Assembly (NCBI GenBank): GCA_965223545.1
Contig: OZ245006.1
Span: 832,001-896,000, forward strand
Direction of reading: 5' to 3'
Length of the DNA stretch: 64,000 bases
DNA from: Planctomycetota bacterium
GTDB lineage: Bacteria; Planctomycetota; UBA1135; UBA2386
Made by a program: the position numbers and the translations under genes. Under the pieces are notes generated by a model. It did no database searches, had not been told where the DNA came from, and saw nothing but the letters and a program-made list of their open reading frames with translations. Below are positions 28,991 to 38,807 of this stretch, one piece after another (position 1 is the stretch's first letter; each line of letters starts with the position of its first letter).

Positions 28991-30244
28991 ATGATGCGTC
29001 CTCTCTCGCTCGCCCTCGGCCCCGCGCTGGTGCTCGCCGCGGCGATCCCGGCCGCGGCGGCCCAAGCCCCGGCGCCGAGCACCGGGCCGGTCGTCCTGCG
29101 GGCGGCCAAGGTGCTCACGATGGAGGGGCCGCCGATCGAGCGCGGCGCGGTCCTCATCGAGAACGGCGTGATCCAGGCGGTCGGCGCCGATCTGCCGCTG
29201 CCGGCGGGCGCGCTCGAGGTCGACCTCGGGCCGCGCCTCCTGATGCCCGGCTTCGTCGAGCTGCACTGCCACGTCGGCGTCACCGGTGGCGACATCAACG
29301 ACTCGGTGATGCCGCACAACATGGACCTGCGCACCCTCGACCTCATCACGCAGGACAGCGATGAGCTCGATCGGGCGGCGGCGGCCGGCGTGACCACCGC
29401 CCTCATCATTCCAGGCTCTGGTTCGTCGATCGGCGGCCTCGGCACGCTGGTGAAGACCGCCGGCGGCAGCTTCGGCGAGCGGCTGATCCGTTACCCCGGC
29501 GCGCTCAAGATCGCGCTGCACGCGCGCGGCGGCAATCCGGCGCGCGGCGCCGGCGACCTCGGCTCCGGCCGGTTGGGCCTGCACCACATGCTCAAGGTAG
29601 TGATGACCGAGGCCCGTGACTACCACCGCGCCTACGAGCAGTTCGAGGCGGGCGAAGGTCCACAACCGGAGTTCAACCCGCGCCTCGATCCTCTGCGCGG
29701 TCTCTTCCGCCACGAGTTCCCGGTGATCCTGCACGCCTATGGCCAGAACGACACGATGACGGCCGTGCGGATCCTGAAGTGGGGTTTGGAGCTCGGCATC
29801 ATCATCTCGCACGGCGTGTACGACTCGTACGTGATCAAGCGCGAGCTCGCGGCCACCGGCGTGCCGATGAACCTCGGCCCGCGACAGTACGAGTACGACC
29901 TCGGCGCGTTCGTCGGCAACGCGGGCGAGCTCTACGGAGCCGGCGTGCCGACCTCGATCTGCACCGACGCCCCCGTCGTGCCGCAGGACCAGCTGCCGCT
30001 GCAGGCGGCGATGGCGGTGCGCCTCGGCCTGCCCGACGACGCCGCGCTCCGCGGTCTCACGATCGAGCCGGCGAAGGCGGCGGGCATCGCCGATCGCGTC
30101 GGCAGCCTGACGCCGGGAAAGGACGCCGACCTCGTCGCTTTCGCCGGTGATCCGTTGGATCCCCGCCACGCCCCCGACCTGGTGCTGATCGAAGGCCGCG
30201 TCGTGGTCGACCCCGGTGGTCTGATGCCGGGGACCAAACGCTGA
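28991..30244 (+). CDS. Secreted amidohydrolase-family protein
   Basis: Signal peptide; MPGFVELHCH, TDAPV, GSLTPGKDADLV. Confidence 0.85.
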   Translation: MMRPLSLALGPALVLAAAIPAAAAQAPAPSTGPVVLRAAKVLTMEGPPIERGAVLIENGVIQAVGADLPLPAGALEVDLGPRLLMPGFVELHCHVGVTGGDINDSVMPHNMDLRTLDLITQDSDELDRAAAAGVTTALIIPGSGSSIGGLGTLVKTAGGSFGERLIRYPGALKIALHARGGNPARGAGDLGSGRLGLHHMLKVVMTEARDYHRAYEQFEAGEGPQPEFNPRLDPLRGLFRHEFPVILHAYGQNDTMTAVRILKWGLELGIIISHGVYDSYVIKRELAATGVPMNLGPRQYEYDLGAFVGNAGELYGAGVPTSICTDAPVVPQDQLPLQAAMAVRLGLPDDAALRGLTIEPAKAAGIADRVGSLTPGKDADLVAFAGDPLDPRHAPDLVLIEGRVVVDPGGLMPGTKR

Positions 30245-30567
30245 TTAGAACGGAGCGGCATCAATCCCGCTGTCACGCGCAAGATCCTAGTTTCGTCTCG
30301 GATCACTGTAAGGAGCACTGCCCGTAGGGGGACAGCACCTGAAGTCCTCGAGAAGCATGCCTCGCGACCGAAGTCGCTGATCTTGCCGGCGTGACGGGTC
30401 GTGGATCGACCCACGCCGCCGGCGCCTGGAGCGACGGCAACACATACCGACCTCGACCTGTGCCGAGCGCTATCCGTCACCATCAGCGGCTGCGACGCCC
30501 TCAGCCCAAACTGCCCCACAAGTTTAAACGGTGGAAAAAGCTCTCAGCTCCAGCGAGGGGTATGCTG

Positions 30568-30679
30568 GTGGCGTGATTCAGAAACCTGCGGTACTCTCCG
30601 AGGCCATCCTCGGCCGTCGCGCCGTCCTCCACATCTCTACCGAGTCTCGGAAATGCCTCAGGTGCCTGAATCACACCAC
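30568..30679. repeat. Long imperfect inverted repeat (hairpin) upstream of the formyltransferase
   Basis: gtggcgtgattcag/ctgaatcacaccac (13 of 14), acctgcggta/tgcctcaggt, tccgag/ctcgga nested. Confidence 0.6.
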
Positions 30680-30722
30680 TAATCGGTCATGCCACACGGT
30701 CCGATGAACTGCTGCTGTTGAG

Positions 30723-31661
30723 ATGACACCTCGGCCCAAGAAGTGGTCCCAGGGCGCAGTCGTCATCGGCTGTCGCCACAACACGCTAGAGTTCGTGCAG
30801 ACTGTTCTGGCCCATGGCCGAACAATCGCGGGGATCGTCACAATCCCAGAAGAAGTGGCAGAGAAGAACCAAGTACCGACCTGGCGCGACCTGAGCGCCG
30901 CGTTCCCACAGATTCCCAGCTATGTCGCAGAATCATATAGCCTGAGCACTTCTGCCGACCGCGACTTTCTCGCACACACCTCAGCAGATTTCGGCCTTTG
31001 CATTGGTTGGCAACGCATTATCCCCACATGGTTCTTGCGTACATTTGCGACCGGCGTGTTCGGCATGCACGCGTGCCAGTTCCCTTTGCCGAGAGGTCGC
31101 GGCAGATCACCGCTCAACTGGGCACTCATCGCAGGAGCAGAGATCGTCAATGCTCACGTGTTGAAGTACAATGAGAAACCGGATGCCGGAGAGATCTTGC
31201 ACGTCGCACCCATCAGCATCACCGGTCACGACAACATCCACACACTTCAGCAGAAGTGCCGAGTGATCTTCAATCGCATCATAGAGCACCACTGGCGCAA
31301 CCTAGCGGACGGTTCTCCCTCGTTACGAGGATCCCTTGCCGGCCTCGTCGATCTCGAATACGCGAAGAGGACTGCTCTGGACGGCGCCATCGACTGGTCA
31401 TGGCCCGCACGGCAAGTTCATGATTGGGTGCGAGCACAGACGAGGCCCTATCCCGGCGCCTTTACGCTACACCACGGCAAACCCGCCAGGATCTGGCAGG
31501 CAGTTCCGTTTGGGGTTGCACCGAAGTTTCCCGCGCTTCCGGGAACCGTCACCGACTTGTTCGACGACGGCTCCTTTGTTGTCCACGCCGGAGACGCTCT
31601 AGTTCACGTCTTGGATCATGAGCTGATCGCTGATTTGTCCATAGGAGACGTCTTGCAATGA
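30723..31661 (+). CDS. N10-formyl-THF-dependent formyltransferase (Fmt/ArnA-N-like, probably sugar N-formyltransferase)
   Basis: GWQRIIP, GMHACQFPLPRGRGRSPLNWAL, DAGEI, IDW...VRAQTRPYPGAF. Confidence 0.85.
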   Translation: MTPRPKKWSQGAVVIGCRHNTLEFVQTVLAHGRTIAGIVTIPEEVAEKNQVPTWRDLSAAFPQIPSYVAESYSLSTSADRDFLAHTSADFGLCIGWQRIIPTWFLRTFATGVFGMHACQFPLPRGRGRSPLNWALIAGAEIVNAHVLKYNEKPDAGEILHVAPISITGHDNIHTLQQKCRVIFNRIIEHHWRNLADGSPSLRGSLAGLVDLEYAKRTALDGAIDWSWPARQVHDWVRAQTRPYPGAFTLHHGKPARIWQAVPFGVAPKFPALPGTVTDLFDDGSFVVHAGDALVHVLDHELIADLSIGDVLQ

Positions 31662-32485
31662 CACGTCCTCGAGACCGGCAAGATGATTTCACCATCGAAC
31701 ATTACCGTGAAATCGCAGGCGCCATATCCCGCTCTCACAGCGTCCTTTCTTTCAAAGACGCCAAGGAGCTCGGCGAACAAATCCTCGATATCGATCGAGT
31801 CTTGATCATGCGGCACGATGTCGAGTTCTCTCTCGAAGCCGCGCTGCGGCTAGCGGAGGCCGATGCCGATGCCGGTCTTCACTCCACGTTCTTCCTTCTA
31901 CAAACGAGCGACTACAATTGCTTCGAGGAACAGGGTGCAGATATCATACGGAAGATCCTCGGCCTGGGTCACGATATCGGCTTGCATTACGATGCAGCTC
32001 TTTTCGAGAGAATGGGGCTGGACGCGGAAACGACCGCGCGTGCACAGATCGCATTGTTCGAAACGTTCTTCGATACGACAATTCATGCAATGTCGTCGCA
32101 CATGCCCATGCGCTCAGGAAGGACCTTTGCGATCGACGGCGTGGTTGACACGTACGACCCATTGTATCTCGTACGCATGAAATACGTGTCCGACAGCACT
32201 CAGGCTTGGCGCGAGGGCGTCGTGACAGATCTGTTGCAGAGCCACGACCATATTCACCTCCTGACCCACGAGTACATCTGGCACCCGAGCGGCTACCGCT
32301 GGGATTCCCTCCTGCTGATCGAAGCCCACACGAAATTTCAGGCCATGTGGGAGCGAGCCCTGGTCAATATCGAGACCTACCGAGAAGGCCTGAAGCTCCG
32401 CAAGCACAAAGACAAACAGTTTCGGAAGCGCTTCATGACGAGCGACGAACGAGACGAGGACCCAGACGCAGAGGTGAGCGCGTAG
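31658..32485 (+). CDS. Polysaccharide deacetylase-like (NodB/CE4-fold) protein
   Basis: RHDVE, STFFL, GHDIGLHY, SSHMP, YVSDS, LLTHEYIW; ATGA-coupled. Confidence 0.7.
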   Translation: MTRPRDRQDDFTIEHYREIAGAISRSHSVLSFKDAKELGEQILDIDRVLIMRHDVEFSLEAALRLAEADADAGLHSTFFLLQTSDYNCFEEQGADIIRKILGLGHDIGLHYDAALFERMGLDAETTARAQIALFETFFDTTIHAMSSHMPMRSGRTFAIDGVVDTYDPLYLVRMKYVSDSTQAWREGVVTDLLQSHDHIHLLTHEYIWHPSGYRWDSLLLIEAHTKFQAMWERALVNIETYREGLKLRKHKDKQFRKRFMTSDERDEDPDAEVSA

Positions 32486-32499
32486 TCTGCCTATGCCTT

Positions 32500-32662
32500 C
32501 TCAGCGCGGCCGGGGCCGCAACCAACACCGAGCGCACCGCGACAGTAGCGGAGCTCGCGAATCCAGCGGTGCCGGACGGCCACGCTGAGCGCAGACGCCC
32601 GTGTTGCTTCTCAGCGTGCTCTTTCCGCCTTTGTAGGCAGGGAGACAATAGATCCGGGCGTC
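32500..32662. repeat. Two adjacent imperfect hairpins downstream of the cassette
   Basis: ctcagcgcggccg/cggccacgctgag (12 of 13) with inner gcaccgc/gcggtgc; gacgcccg/cgggcgtc. Confidence 0.45.
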
Positions 32663-32850
32663 GCGATTTGATCCGTGTTGGCGAAGCAAACCATCCGCGA
32701 GCCACACGCGACAGGCGGCTGCCGTCGCCCTCGTCCATCACGCCAGCACGATGTGACTCTCCCAGCCGGGCCAGGAGCCAGGCGCTCCGAGGTTGTTACG
32801 GCGCCTCCGGTCGACCACCCCTGCGGCGAGCTTTGGCCGCGGTCACGCGG

Positions 32851-34215
32851 TCATGACCTGCCACCGCGCCGCACGAGCCACGCGTAGACCGGCAACCCCA
32901 GCGCACACAGCGCCAACCCCCAGGCCGAAGACAGTGGGAAGCGCAGCACCGCGGCGGCGGACACCGCCAGGGCACAGCCCGCGAACAGCAGGCCGACGCC
33001 ACCCCGCGCGGTGCGCCACAGCGCCAGTCCACAACCGGCGTAGAACAGCCAGTCGACGAAGACGATGCCGTTGAGCAGGAAGTCGAGCGCGTGGAGGGTG
33101 CCGGCGCCACTCAGCGCGTAGGTGCCGACCAGCAGTGCGGCCCCCCACAAGCCCTGCACCAGCACACCGACAACCGGGGCCTGCGTGCGCGCATGCAGCC
33201 GACCGACGGTCTCGAAGAACAGCCCGCGGCGCGCCATGGCATGCAGCACGTATGGCGGCGCCAAGCAGATCGTGTTGAGGATGCCGAGCGCCGAGATCAC
33301 CACCGCCGCGCTGATCAGGCGGCCGGCGAGATCGCCGATGCCCCAGGGCGCGAGCGCGGCCGCCGTCGCGTCCTGCGCCACGGTCGAGCTCTGCGCGGTA
33401 CCGCGGTGACCCAGCAAGTCGAGGAAAGCGAGATTGACCAGCAGGTAGACGACCACCACGACGGTGACCCCGAAAAAGATGCCGAGCGGCACGTCGCGGG
33501 ACGGCCGCCGCGCAGCGCCGGCGACGAACGAGCCCTGTTGCCAACCGCCGAACGAGAACAACACCGGCAGGATGGCCGCCGCCAGCCCCGCGAGCCAGCC
33601 GCGCGCCGCCGCCGATTCCGCCGCCGCTTCCGCCACCGCCACCGGCGCCGGCGCCGCGGCGTCGACGAAGCGGACCAGCAACGCGAGCCCGACCAGCACC
33701 AGGACTGCCGCGACCTTGATGATCGTGAGTGCGTTCTGCACCCGCTTGCCGACGCGCAGACCGAGGGCGTTGATCAGGGTGAAGGCGACGATCGCGGTGG
33801 CGGCAACGGCCACGCGGCCGGCCGGCGGCAGGACATCGTGTTCGCCGAACAGCACCACTTCCAGGTACGACGCCATGACCAGTCCGATGACGCCGGCCGC
33901 GCCCGCTTGGATCACCAGCCAGTTTCCCCAGCCGTAGAGGAAGGCCGGCAGCGGGCCGAAGGCGGTGTGCAGGTAGACGAACGTACCGCCGTGGTCGGGC
34001 ATGCGGCGCGCGAGCCGGGCGAACACCAGCGCGCCCATCACCGCCAGCACGCCACCCAGGGCCCACGCCACCATCGCCTGCTGCGGCGAGTCGACCGCGG
34101 CGGCGACACGGCCAGGAGTGAAGAAAATGCCGACGCCGATGATGCCGCCGACCACGACGCAGCCGATGTCGAACGCCCCCAGCTCGCCCGCGGATCTGGC
34201 CTTGGTCTCAGCCAC
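32851..34215 (-). CDS. APC-family amino acid permease
   Basis: GGIIGVGIFFTPG, MPDHGGTFVYL, FSFGGW; about 12 TM; GTG at 34215 chosen. Confidence 0.88.
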   Translation of the reverse strand: MAETKARSAGELGAFDIGCVVVGGIIGVGIFFTPGRVAAAVDSPQQAMVAWALGGVLAVMGALVFARLARRMPDHGGTFVYLHTAFGPLPAFLYGWGNWLVIQAGAAGVIGLVMASYLEVVLFGEHDVLPPAGRVAVAATAIVAFTLINALGLRVGKRVQNALTIIKVAAVLVLVGLALLVRFVDAAAPAPVAVAEAAAESAAARGWLAGLAAAILPVLFSFGGWQQGSFVAGAARRPSRDVPLGIFFGVTVVVVVYLLVNLAFLDLLGHRGTAQSSTVAQDATAAALAPWGIGDLAGRLISAAVVISALGILNTICLAPPYVLHAMARRGLFFETVGRLHARTQAPVVGVLVQGLWGAALLVGTYALSGAGTLHALDFLLNGIVFVDWLFYAGCGLALWRTARGGVGLLFAGCALAVSAAAVLRFPLSSAWGLALCALGLPVYAWLVRRGGRS

Positions 34216-35068
34216 CGCGCAGCTCCCCCGCCAAGTCGACGACATCGCGCTCGACGGTCAAGGCCGCGCTCAGCCGGCGCACCCGCTCCCCGTCTCGATC
34301 GAGCACGTAGACGCGGCCGCGCGCGTCGCGCGCCAGTCCGACCGGTTCGATGAAGTCGTCGTTCTCGCAAACCACCTCGACGCCCCCGCCGGCATGGCAA
34401 CGGCGCAACCCGGGGCGATCGCCGGCGTCGGCCACCAGGGTGTCGCCATCGGCGAGCTCGACGACCGCGATCGGGCGACTGGTCTCGTCCGCGGCCAACG
34501 CGGTCGAGAAGCGGCCGACGTAGCGGCCCGCCAGGGTGAAGCGCTGCACCACGCCGTGCAGAGTGTCCGCCACCAGCAGCTCGCGCGCGCCGGCCCACAG
34601 CCCGCGCGGGGCGCCGAACCGCTGCTCCGCACTGCCGAGCGCGCGCAGCGGCTGCAGCACCGCGCCCCGCCGGCGCAGCCGCTGCACTCCCCGCCGCAAC
34701 GGACGCTCGCCGCAAGCGACGAAGACGATGCCATCGGCGACGACGACGGCCCGAGGCCGATCGAGGGTGCCGTTGCGGTCGCGCGCCGCGGCGCCGGCGG
34801 CGGCCGCCACCGGCAGCCCGAGCCGGCCGACTTCGACGCCGAACGCGTTGAAGCAGCGCACCACGTCGTTGCGGGTGTCGGCGACGAACAGACTGAAGTC
34901 CGGCGCCATGGCCACGCCACCGGCGTCGGCGTAGCCGCCGTCCACCGGACCGTACTCCCACGTCGCGACCAGCCGCTGGGCCTCCAGGTCGAAGGAGAAC
35001 ACGCGGCCGCGGACGTCGGCATGCGCCACGCAGAGCAGGTTCTTGGCGACGGCCAACCCACCGAACAT
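34208..35068 (-). CDS. NHL-repeat beta-propeller protein
   Basis: Repeated PxxVAV...FVADTxN..V patterns. Confidence 0.65.
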   Translation of the reverse strand: MFGGLAVAKNLLCVAHADVRGRVFSFDLEAQRLVATWEYGPVDGGYADAGGVAMAPDFSLFVADTRNDVVRCFNAFGVEVGRLGLPVAAAAGAAARDRNGTLDRPRAVVVADGIVFVACGERPLRRGVQRLRRRGAVLQPLRALGSAEQRFGAPRGLWAGARELLVADTLHGVVQRFTLAGRYVGRFSTALAADETSRPIAVVELADGDTLVADAGDRPGLRRCHAGGGVEVVCENDDFIEPVGLARDARGRVYVLDRDGERVRRLSAALTVERDVVDLAGELRGG

Positions 35069-35157
35069 GAGCAGACTGTCGGCGCCGGCGCGGACGGGCG
35101 CAAGAGACCCTACTGGGGCTAGGCAAATCGGCCGCCGCTGCCGATAGAGTCAACGTC

Positions 35158-35568
35158 GTGACACTCGATGGTCCTCGCTCTGCGGCCACCCCGGCGCCGG
35201 CCACTGCCGCGGCGATCGCCGCCGCCGGAATGCTCGCCACCGCCTGCTCCGTCCTCCCGCCCCGCGGAATGCCGGCGGCCGAGGAGCGCTGGGTCGAGGT
35301 CGAGTACCACTTCGGCGAGCACCCACCGCCGGCGGTCGAGGTGCCCGCGTCGCGGCCCGGGATCACGGTGTACGAGCTGCACACCGAGCCCGCCGACCTG
35401 CCCGAAGTGTTCGACGAGGACCGGCGCTGGCTGCAGCCGAGCACGGCCCATCTCGTGCTGCGCTGCCGCTATCGGGCGTGGACGACTCCGGCAGGCACGC
35501 CACCACCACCGTCCGCGCTGTTTCCCGGCGCGGCGTCGGTGCGCACGCTGCAGCACTCGGTCCACTGA
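35158..35568 (+). CDS. Hypothetical lipoprotein
   Basis: Lipobox-like LATAC; GC3-biased ORF filling the gap before the next gene. Confidence 0.5.
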   Translation: MTLDGPRSAATPAPATAAAIAAAGMLATACSVLPPRGMPAAEERWVEVEYHFGEHPPPAVEVPASRPGITVYELHTEPADLPEVFDEDRRWLQPSTAHLVLRCRYRAWTTPAGTPPPPSALFPGAASVRTLQHSVH

Positions 35569-35597
35569 GCAGGAACCGCAAGAGGCCTCTTCCGCCG

Positions 35598-36926
35598 ATG
35601 ACTCGCCTCCTGGTGCGCAACGCGACGGTGGTGCCGATGGATGGCCCGGCGACCGCGCCGCTCGGCGACGTCGGCCGCCGCGACTTGGCGCTGCGCGACG
35701 GCTGCATCGAGGCGATCGGCGCACTCGACCAACAGGCCGGCGACACGGTCCTGGACGCCGACGGCTTGGTGGCCATGCCCGGATTCGTGCAAGGGCACGT
35801 GCACTTCTGCCAGACCTTGTTCCGCGGGCTCGCCGACGACCTGCCGCTGATGGAATGGCTCCGGCAGCGCATCTGGCCACTGGAGACCGCGCACGACGAA
35901 GCCAGCTTGACCGCCTCGGCCGAGCTGTCGATCGCCGAGCTGTTGCGCGGCGGAACGACGACCGTGCAAGTCATGGAGTCGGTGCGGGGCACCGAAGCCA
36001 GCTTCGCCGCCGCGGCGCGCAGCGGCATGACCGTGGTCATGGGCAACTGCTTGATGGACCTCGGTGGCGACGGCGTTCCGGCCGGCATGCCGATGACCGC
36101 AGCGGACAGCATGCGCGCCTGCGAGCAGCTGCGGGCGGCGTTCGATCGACGGGGCCGGCTGCACTACGCGGTGTCGCCGCGGTTCGTCCTGTCCTGCTCC
36201 GAAACGCTGGCGCGCGACGCCGCCGCCTTCGCTCGGCAGCACGAGCTGCGCGTCCACACGCACGCCAACGAGCACCCGGCCGAGGCCGCCGAAGTGCGCG
36301 CCCTGCGCGGCGCCGGCGCGCTCGAGGTGCTCGACGCGCAGGGCCTGCTCGGCGAGCGCACCGCGATCGCCCACTGCGTGCACACGTCGCCGGCAGAGCG
36401 CGCACTTCTGACCGAGCGCGGCGTGGCCGTCCTGCACTGCCCGTCGACCAACCTCAAGCTCGGCTCCGGCATCGCGCCGATCGCCGACTACGTGCGCCGC
36501 GGCCTCCGCGTCGGCCTGGGCGCCGATGGCGCGCCAGCCAACAACCGCCTGTCGGCGCTGACCGAGTTGCGGCAGGCGGCGCTGCTGCAAGCCGCGATGG
36601 CGGGACCGGGCGCCTTTGGCGCCGCGCAAGCCCTCGCGGCGCTGACCCGCGCCGGCGCTTCCGCGCTGGGGTTGGACGACGAAGTCGGCAGTTTGGAGGT
36701 CGGCAAGCGCGCCGATGTGGTGCTCGTCGACCTGGCGCGTCACGGCCCCGGCGGCGATCCGCTGTCGCGGCTGGTGTACGCCGCCGACGACAGCGACATC
36801 CGGCACGTCATCCTCGGCGGCGCGCTGGTGCGCAGAGACGGCGCGTGGACCGACCGCGACGAGGGCGCGCTCCGCGCGAACGCCGAACACGAGCTGTGCC
36901 GGCTGCGCGGCCGCGCCGGGATCTGA
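35598..36926 (+). CDS. MTA/SAH or 5'-deoxyadenosine deaminase-like amidohydrolase
   Basis: PGFVQGHVHFCQTLFRG, HTHANE, AHCVH, HCPSTNLKLGSG, GADG, GSLEVGKRAD. Confidence 0.88.
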   Translation: MTRLLVRNATVVPMDGPATAPLGDVGRRDLALRDGCIEAIGALDQQAGDTVLDADGLVAMPGFVQGHVHFCQTLFRGLADDLPLMEWLRQRIWPLETAHDEASLTASAELSIAELLRGGTTTVQVMESVRGTEASFAAAARSGMTVVMGNCLMDLGGDGVPAGMPMTAADSMRACEQLRAAFDRRGRLHYAVSPRFVLSCSETLARDAAAFARQHELRVHTHANEHPAEAAEVRALRGAGALEVLDAQGLLGERTAIAHCVHTSPAERALLTERGVAVLHCPSTNLKLGSGIAPIADYVRRGLRVGLGADGAPANNRLSALTELRQAALLQAAMAGPGAFGAAQALAALTRAGASALGLDDEVGSLEVGKRADVVLVDLARHGPGGDPLSRLVYAADDSDIRHVILGGALVRRDGAWTDRDEGALRANAEHELCRLRGRAGI

Positions 36927-36955
36927 CCGGGGTCGAAGGTCACCGGACCGCCGCT

Positions 36956-38764
36956 TCAGCTCTCGTCGCGCTGGATGCGCCGCAGCTCGTCCAGCGCGCG
37001 CTGGTAGGCGCGGCCGATCGCCCGGCGCTGCAGCACTCCCAACAACCGCTGCGGGTCGTCGCTCTGCACGACCGGCAGCTCGTCGAGCTTCTTCTGGTTG
37101 AACTTCTCCAGCGCGGTGTGCAGGTCGTCGTCCAGCGTCAACGCGATCGGATCGACCGTCATCAGGTCGGCGGCGATCGCCAGCCGGTGGATGCTGTCGT
37201 CGAAGGTGAACTCGCGCACGTCGTGCGCCGAGAAGATGCCGACGAAATGGCCGGCCGCATCGAGCACCGGAAAGTAGTCCTCCTTGCTGTCCGCAATCAG
37301 CCGGACGACCTCGGCCAAGGGCATCCCGGTCGACACGGTGCGGTACTGGCGGTCCGGCTCGAAGACGTCGGCCACGGTCATCTTCTCCAGCAGCGCGACC
37401 TGATACTCGCCGCGGTGCGCGGCCGAGTGAGCGCGATTGGCGACTTGGCTGCGGTAGATCGTCTTGCCACTGGTCAAGATGAACGTGATGCCGCACACCC
37501 ACATCGCCGGCACCAGCAGCGCGTAGCTGCCCGTCATCTCGGTGACCATGATGATCGTCGAGATCGGCGTCTTGGCGGCGCCGGCAAAGAAACCGCTCAT
37601 GCCGACGATGACGAAGCAGGCGGGGTTGGCCACCCACCCGGCCTGCTGGAAGGCGATCCCGACGGCACCGCCGATGCCGCCGCCGATGACCATGCTGGGC
37701 CCGAACACGCCGGCACTGCCGCCCGACGACACCGTCATCGACGTGGTGAAGATCTTGATCACGCCGACCAGCAGCAGCAGGCGTGCCCCCTCCCAGCCGC
37801 CAATCGCACCGTCGAGCGACTGCTGGATCAGGCCGTAGCCGTAGCCCATGACGGCGAGCGCCGATTCGTCGGCGATGCACATCCACAGGGCGACGCCGGT
37901 CGCGCCGCACAGCAACCCGCCCAACGCCGCCACCAACGGCCGCGGGCCGGGGATCGCGGCAAACCACCGCTGCGCACCATAGAACACCGCCGCGTACGCG
38001 AGCGTCGAGGGCACCAACACCAGCGCCAGCACCGTGTAGGGCAAGAGCTCGGTGACGTCGTCGAAGACGAAGCCTCCGGAAAGCGCGAACAGCCGGCCGA
38101 AATCGCCCATCCAGGCGCAGAACACGCAGTACGAGACCGCCGAGGAGATGAACGACGGGATGATCACCTCGGACTCGAGCTCGGCGTCGCGATAGAGGAT
38201 CTCGGCGGTGAACAGGGCCCCCGCCAGCGGCGCGCGGAAGATCGCACCGACCCCGGCCCCCATGCCCGCGGCCAGCAGCACGCGGCGCTGCCGCGGCGTC
38301 AGCTGCAAAGCGCGCCCCAGCCACGCACCGATGCCGGCGCCGATCTGCGCGATCGGCCCCTCCCGCCCACCGCTGCCACCCGTACCCAACGTCAGCGCCG
38401 TCGCGACCGCCTTGACGAGGGGGACCCGCGCGCGAATCTGGCCGCTCTGGTTGTGGTAGGCGTCGATCACCGCGTCGGTGCCATGCCCCCCGGCCTCCGG
38501 CGCGAACCGGCGCGACACCCAGCACGCCAGCAGCCCGCCGCACGCCGGCGCCACGAGCAAGCCCCACACCACGATGCCTGACCCGGCGTGACCGGTGCCG
38601 AACGGCCGCAGCTCACCGGCCGGTCCCGGTGGCGCATAGCCGACCAACGAGTGCAGCACCACCCACTCGACCCAGTGGCTCAGATACTCGAAACCCACGG
38701 CCCCCACTCCGGCGCCACAACCGACCAGCGCGGCCAGGGTGTAGAGACGGCCGTGGATTCTCAC
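36956..38764 (-). CDS. CLC chloride channel/antiporter with CBS domains
   Basis: GHGTD, GREGP (gating Glu present), FRAPLAG, GVFGP, C-terminal CBS pair. Confidence 0.92.
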   Translation of the reverse strand: MRIHGRLYTLAALVGCGAGVGAVGFEYLSHWVEWVVLHSLVGYAPPGPAGELRPFGTGHAGSGIVVWGLLVAPACGGLLACWVSRRFAPEAGGHGTDAVIDAYHNQSGQIRARVPLVKAVATALTLGTGGSGGREGPIAQIGAGIGAWLGRALQLTPRQRRVLLAAGMGAGVGAIFRAPLAGALFTAEILYRDAELESEVIIPSFISSAVSYCVFCAWMGDFGRLFALSGGFVFDDVTELLPYTVLALVLVPSTLAYAAVFYGAQRWFAAIPGPRPLVAALGGLLCGATGVALWMCIADESALAVMGYGYGLIQQSLDGAIGGWEGARLLLLVGVIKIFTTSMTVSSGGSAGVFGPSMVIGGGIGGAVGIAFQQAGWVANPACFVIVGMSGFFAGAAKTPISTIIMVTEMTGSYALLVPAMWVCGITFILTSGKTIYRSQVANRAHSAAHRGEYQVALLEKMTVADVFEPDRQYRTVSTGMPLAEVVRLIADSKEDYFPVLDAAGHFVGIFSAHDVREFTFDDSIHRLAIAADLMTVDPIALTLDDDLHTALEKFNQKKLDELPVVQSDDPQRLLGVLQRRAIGRAYQRALDELRRIQRDES

Positions 38765-38807
38765 GACCCCACGCGTAGCAGCGCCCGTGCCGCGGCGCAA
38801 GCACCCT

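Noticed and set aside
30568..30679. Integron attC site
   Set aside because: No RYYYAAC/GTTRRRY ends, no cassette array and no integrase in the window
35121..35148. Sigma28-like promoter (GCCGATAG)
   Set aside because: No TAAA -35 element at the expected spacing
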